The notes under the pieces were generated by a model. It had not been told where the DNA came from, did no database searches, and saw nothing but the letters and a program-made list of their open reading frames with translations. A DNA stretch of 64,000 nt from Stegostoma tigrinum (lineage: Eukaryota), in assembly GCF_030684315.1 (NCBI RefSeq), contig NC_081375.1, forward strand, positions 36,438,068 through 36,502,067. Direction: 5' to 3'. Positions 58,922-64,000 of the stretch are shown one piece after another. Both the position numbers and the translations under genes were made by a program. Each line of letters starts with the position of its first letter. Within the stretch, counting starts at the first letter, position 1.

Positions 58922-59610
58922 GGAAGTCCGAGATAAACAGCATGGAGCTGCAGGAACACAGCAGGCCAGGCAGCAGAGGAGCAGAAAAGCCGACATTTCA
59001 GGTTGAGACCTTCTTCAGAAATGGGAGAAGTGAAGGGGGCTCTGAAATAAATAAAGAGAGGGGGTGCAGTGATAGCAGGCAGATAGTGGAGTGGATAGGC
59101 GGCAGGGATGATGGACAGGTTAAGGTGGCAGGGATGGTGGGGTGGGGTGGGGGAGGAGTTGTGCTGGTCTTCAGATGAGATCGGGGGTGGGGAGATTTTG
59201 AAGCTACTAAAGTCCATATTGAGACCCCTGGGTTGTAGGCTTCCAAGGGAGAATATGAGGTGCTGTTCCGCGTTTCTGGGTGGCATCAGTTGTGACACAG
59301 GAGGCAGCCCAGGATGGGCATGTCGTCCAAGGAGTGGGAGGGTGGAGTTGAAGTGGCTTGAGACTGGGAGGTGCTGTCATCTGTTGTGAACCAAGTGTAG
59401 TGCTCCACAAAGAGGTCTCCGAGCCTCCCTGATGTGGCCTCCTCTACATCAGGAACAGTGGATACAATAGACCACATTAGCAGTTGTGCAAGAAACATCT
59501 GTCTGATGTAGAAAGTTTTTTGGGGCCTGGGACGGAGGTGAGGGGGGAGGTGCAGGGTCAGGTGTAGCATTTCCTGCGATTGCAGGGAAAGGGGCCAGGG
59601 TGATGGCACT
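58922..59610 (-). mobile_element. Penelope-like 3' fragment (GIY-YIG plus pLTR with hammerhead core at 58992-59018), nested in a + strand PLE remnant (58760-58920/59690-59897)
   Basis: Peptides ANVVYCIHCS and EQHLIFSLGSLQPRGLNMDF; the pLTR is the same family as the fold-back elements. Confidence 0.8.
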
Positions 59611-59904
59611 AGTGAGTTTGGACCTTACTATGTCCCAGTGGGAGTTTGTTCTCTCAAGACTGGCAGCTGGAAACATTACTGTTCTGCCATTCTCACATTC
59701 CAATCACAACCTGAACTATCAATGCCTTTTCCCCCTGCACTCTATAACCCCAGCACAACCACTGGATAAAATGCTGCTCACACACCACACACTTCACATC
59801 AGCTCTGAAGCAGAGTCATCTAGACTTAATATGCTAGCTTGGTCTCAGTCCATGGATGCTGCCTGATCCAGTGATCTCCAGCATTTATTGTTTTCAAAAG
59901 CAGG

Positions 59905-60145
59905 TGTTACATAGAAACACCACCACCTGCAAGTTGCCACCCAACCTGCAAACCATTCTGCCTTGCGAAACGATCACTGCTTTTTCAGTGTTGCTGGTCA
60001 AAATGCTGGACCTCCCACCCTAATGACATTGTGAGCCCACTACACCAACTGGACTGTAGGCTGTTCAAAGCAGCAGTTCATCACCTTTTCAGGTGTAACT
60101 GGAGATGGGCAACAAGTGTTGTCCCAAACAACATCTAATCCCATT
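59905..60145 (+). mobile_element. LINE 3'UTR fragment (same tail as 23560-23815)
   Basis: acaccaccacctgcaagtt..gttcaaag..gagatgggcaac. Confidence 0.55.
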
Positions 60146-61830
60146 AAAAGATCCATGTCCTTCCTGTAGTGCTGCTTAACTTTAAATAGAAAACTTCCTC
60201 AGCCCCTCAATTGTTGCTAGTGATGGCAAATCATTAATAGATGCCCCTATCATGTAATTTGGCTGGTCATCCTTCTATTGATGCTTTACAGGAATGGGTA
60301 GCCTGGGGTGAGGAATAAGAACCATAACTATTATCTTTCCTCCTGCTAGCGCAGCTATAATCCTATAGCGCAACCTCCAAATTTCAGTCTGTGTAGCACA
60401 CAACTGAGCCCAAGTTCCTCAGTTTGCATGTCTTCGCACCGTACAGATGAAGGTGCATCACCACACAAATGCTCAGGGGCTTCCCCAGATGATACCCATA
60501 CCTGGCTGTTAAGTGATCTGTGTATTACTGAGTTTCACAGACTCGAGACATTCATAAGTGATGTGAAAGTGTAAACAAAAATCAGATAACCAGTTTACTA
60601 GAGCAGGACTATTACTGTCAATCATACCCAAAATGATTGGCAGAGAGAGAGATGAGATTTCACTCAATACACTTCGATTCAAACACTTTACTATATAATA
60701 ACAAAATGCAGAAATATACAGCATGTCAATCAACACTGAAATATATAACCTGTGTCCCAATTACACACCCATGTGCAGCTCTTGTGTTCCCCACACAAAA
60801 CATCACACCCTGAAGTGATTAGTGAGTGATGGCAAAGCCAATAGTGCTAACGATTGAAAATACAGACTGATGACTGGACTACTCATTTTAAAGGCCAATC
60901 TGGGCAGATTAGCTGCAACAATATCACCACGACACTCCTTTTACATAAATCTCTAAAGGGAGAAGAGTGTATTTAAGAACAGAGACCTGCATGGGTTCAG
61001 TAAACATGAAGCACAAGGCACCTCACAGAGTACAAGGCACTGGACAGAAAGTAAGCAATGGGAGAGTGAGGTCAGGGGGTCTATGGAACCAGACCAGACT
61101 GAGGACAGCAGGCTCTGACATGCTAGAGTTAAAATTAGACATTACGGTTCACCAAACAGTGGCCTGTACAGCCCATTTGCTCAGTAAGTGAGGAATAAAA
61201 AGTCTTTCTAAAACAAGCTTTTCTCTACTCAATCCAAATCAGATTTGCATTCTCAAGTGGCAGGAAATATCCAGACGGTATTGCTCAGATAGACATTAAT
61301 TCAGTTACATGTTGCTCCATCTTGTAGAATTCCAAAGTATTTCTTAAACTCAGCTGTTTCCAACAGCTTTTACAATCCAAAGATTTACAACTTTAAATGT
61401 TTGCAGTCATTTCATTACTTGATTGTCAATAATTTTAAACTGTAGGGTAAAAACGGTTTTTTGTATGCAAGAATATTCCACAAGGACATGAACAGACCAT
61501 CTTTACATGGCCCACATTTAATTTTGTCAGGAGAATAGAATGGCTTGAGAACAGATTGTGTTCCTAGGCATGTCATGTGATGCCAAGAGACAACTTACTT
61601 CAGTTATAAACCAGGAGTTGAAATTGCCATAATGACAGAAGTGGAGTGCAGTATTTACGGATTCATATGCAGATGGAAAGTGAAACCGCAAAACATGACA
61701 TCATGAATACTTTAAATAGTTCACCATGAATTTAGCATATTTTGTCACAGTGAAATCATTTGGTGGTGCTTTGGAACAAAAACTGGCTTTTGAGTTTTGA
61801 ATAATACAGGATGTGTCTCAGTGCAAAGGC

Positions 61831-62588
61831 TCAGTGTTTGGTTTCTACCAGCACAATGTTGGCTGTTACAAAGATGAAGCAAGACAACGACCACACCAAC
61901 ACAAAGAAAATCCAAAATGTGTGTTTGAAGGGCGATCTGTGCTTATTCCGAACATCATTACCAAATACAAGTTCAACGTCCTTCCTGCTGAAGTAGGCCA
62001 AGCACGCAGGAATTATGTACTGAATCCCAGTGCCTGCATAAGAACCAGTAATGCCCACCAGAGTTTCCAAGTCATGGGTGCAGAACGCCACCAGTATAGG
62101 AGGAATGATGGTGATTAAAGGAAAGATAATTCGATCAATCAGCCATGGGTACATCCCCCCTTCTCTGTGGAAGACTGTCTTCCAGTTATTGCGTAATGTA
62201 ACAGCAATTATTGGGAAGTTTGTGCTGATTGTAAAAACTGGAAAAAGTCCCAAGAAATAGCGAATGAAGGGTACATTGATGACATTGCAATTGCTGGTGA
62301 AGTTGAGGGTGTACATGTCCTTCAGGTTACTGAAGCAGAAGATGGCTGTGAAGGACAGCAGGCTGTAGAAGGCTAGGATGAGCACATAGTCGATGAGGAC
62401 CAGCTTGTTCATATGCTTCTTCTTACTGATGGGGGTAATGAGCGAGGGTAAGGAATGTTGACACATGAAGGAGTAGACGCACACACCAAACAAGGTGGGG
62501 ATGCCAGAGAAGTTAGCGATTGGAGGATGGCCCTCTCCCGAACCCTTACCGATCCTGATCAAAGCCAAAATGATCATGATTATAAAAG
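61831..62588 (-). CDS. TMEM104: Transmembrane protein 104 (SLC38A12), last coding exon
   Basis: Minus-strand acceptor ccttacag|CT TTT ATA ATC ATG. The peptide LFGVCVYSFMCQHSLPSLITP...FPVFTISTNFPIIAVTLRNNWKT...AFCTHDLETLVGITGSYAGTGIQY matches TMEM104 as I recall it. Stop TGA at 61831-61833. Confidence 0.93.
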
Positions 62589-63399
62589 CTGTAAGGCAAG
62601 GGGAAAGAGAGAGTTGTCAGAAAACAAAGTGCCAATTTTACACATCGTAGAACAAAAACCATGAGTAATACATGTAATAAAAATCAGAAAATGCTGGAAA
62701 AACTTGGTCAGACAGTGCCTGTGAACAAATAGGGGGTTAATTTTCAAGCAAATGATCTTCATCAAAACTAGAAAGATTCAGAGACACAATGCACATTAAC
62801 CACGTGTTGAGCCAGGGAAAGGGAGGGAGGGTTGGAAAGACCAGAAAGAAAGCGAAACAAGGTGACAGGAAGGTGATTACGTTACATGATCTTATAGCAT
62901 GTACAGTACAAAAAAACAAGCAATTCAACCAGAGCAAAAAAAGTGGGATTTAAACTGATTAAAGCTTTTTTACCTGTTCTTCCTGATCCAGATATCATGT
63001 TCAGCTTTGTTCACCTGTCCCTTAAATGGTCTTTTTACTCTTTCATGGGTTGTGGGTGTCACCGACAAGGTCAGCACAGTTGCCCATCCCTAAATGACTT
63101 TGAACACCTATTCCTTAGATGCACCTCTTTATTCATTTTACCATTTGCAATGTAGTTGCCAAGTTCTGAAATTCCCTCACTCAGCTACCAGCTCAATTTG
63201 TTACTGCCATCCACATTAGATCTAATGCATCACTGTCAACTACTCTTACTGAGTATTTACTCTTTTAGTAGCAATACCATTTTTTGTTTATAAACCAATG
63301 ATAAGCAGACTGGTTTGTTGTCCCTGGTCATGCTTCATTTTTCTTAAAAAATAGGTATAATGTTAATTAGCCATTAGAACTTTGGCACAGGGCCTTCTA

Positions 63400-64000
63400 A
63401 CAAAACATTAAACGTAAAAAGATGGTGTAGTTCAAAAAGGTGGGGGAAATAGGCCAAGAACAAAGATCAGGAGTAGATGTAACCAGAAAAGTTCAATTTT
63501 TATCAACAGATGCTATCTGGAAAAAAAATGGAAGCAATAATTATGATGCAATGGTCATTGAACTCAGTGCAGAGTTGGCAATGTTTAAAGTAGTCAATCA
63601 AAAGATGAGGTGCTGTTCTAAGTTTCCATTCAGCATCCTTGGAATGGCAGAAAACATCAAAACTAAAGGTCAAAAGTTAAGCTGGGATGTACAATTAAAA
63701 ATGGTGAATATTGATGAACAAGGGGCAATAAATGACAGGAGACAAGACAGGAAGAAACAAGTTCCATAGGGAAAGAACAGACAAAAACAATGGGTCTATC
63801 AGAACAGTCAGAGGCAATCTCAGGAGGGAGGTGGAAGGGTTTTTCAGGTTGAAGGTTGCAAAGGGAAGCACTCCAGAGAAGACCAATGAGTCTGGGAAAT
63901 TATGCCTTGAGTTCAGTGTTGAGATTATGAGCCAATGGAGGATTTCTTCCATGTTCATTGGATAGAGACCTGTTCAACAAACAGTGAGCCCTTTGGCAGG
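63400..64000 (-). mobile_element. Decayed Penelope-like fragment in a TMEM104 intron
   Basis: Reverse complement gaacagcacctcatcttt (EQHLIF) near 63600-63620. Confidence 0.45.

Noticed and set aside
61811-62260. Overlapping ORFs in other frames of the TMEM104 exon
   Set aside because: They are shadow frames of a real coding exon.

Overview
Vertebrate genomic DNA, almost certainly from a shark or ray, as inferred from the HE1-type SINEs and the CR1/HER1 and Penelope-like repeat landscape. The + strand carries the 3' nine coding exons of an NMDA receptor GluN2 subunit gene, best called GRIN2C (7601-38739). These exons splice in frame into about 976 aa ending in -SLESEV; the 5' exons lie upstream of the window. 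The - strand carries the last coding exon of TMEM104/SLC38A12 (62588-61831), tail-to-tail with GRIN2C as in mammals. The rest is mostly retroelements: CR1 LINE fragments, six HE1 V-SINEs, SacSINE/Deu-like SINEs with a probable partner LINE, a Gmr1-like Gypsy remnant and decayed Penelope-like elements (PLEs). The most striking signal is a family of short fold-back (palindromic) PLE-derived insertions with 11-15 bp target-site duplications (TSDs). They carry a minimal hammerhead-ribozyme core (CUGAnGA..GAAAcgUC) and sit in GRIN2C introns and just downstream of its stop codon. All repeat family names and boundaries come from recognition by eye, not from database searches.
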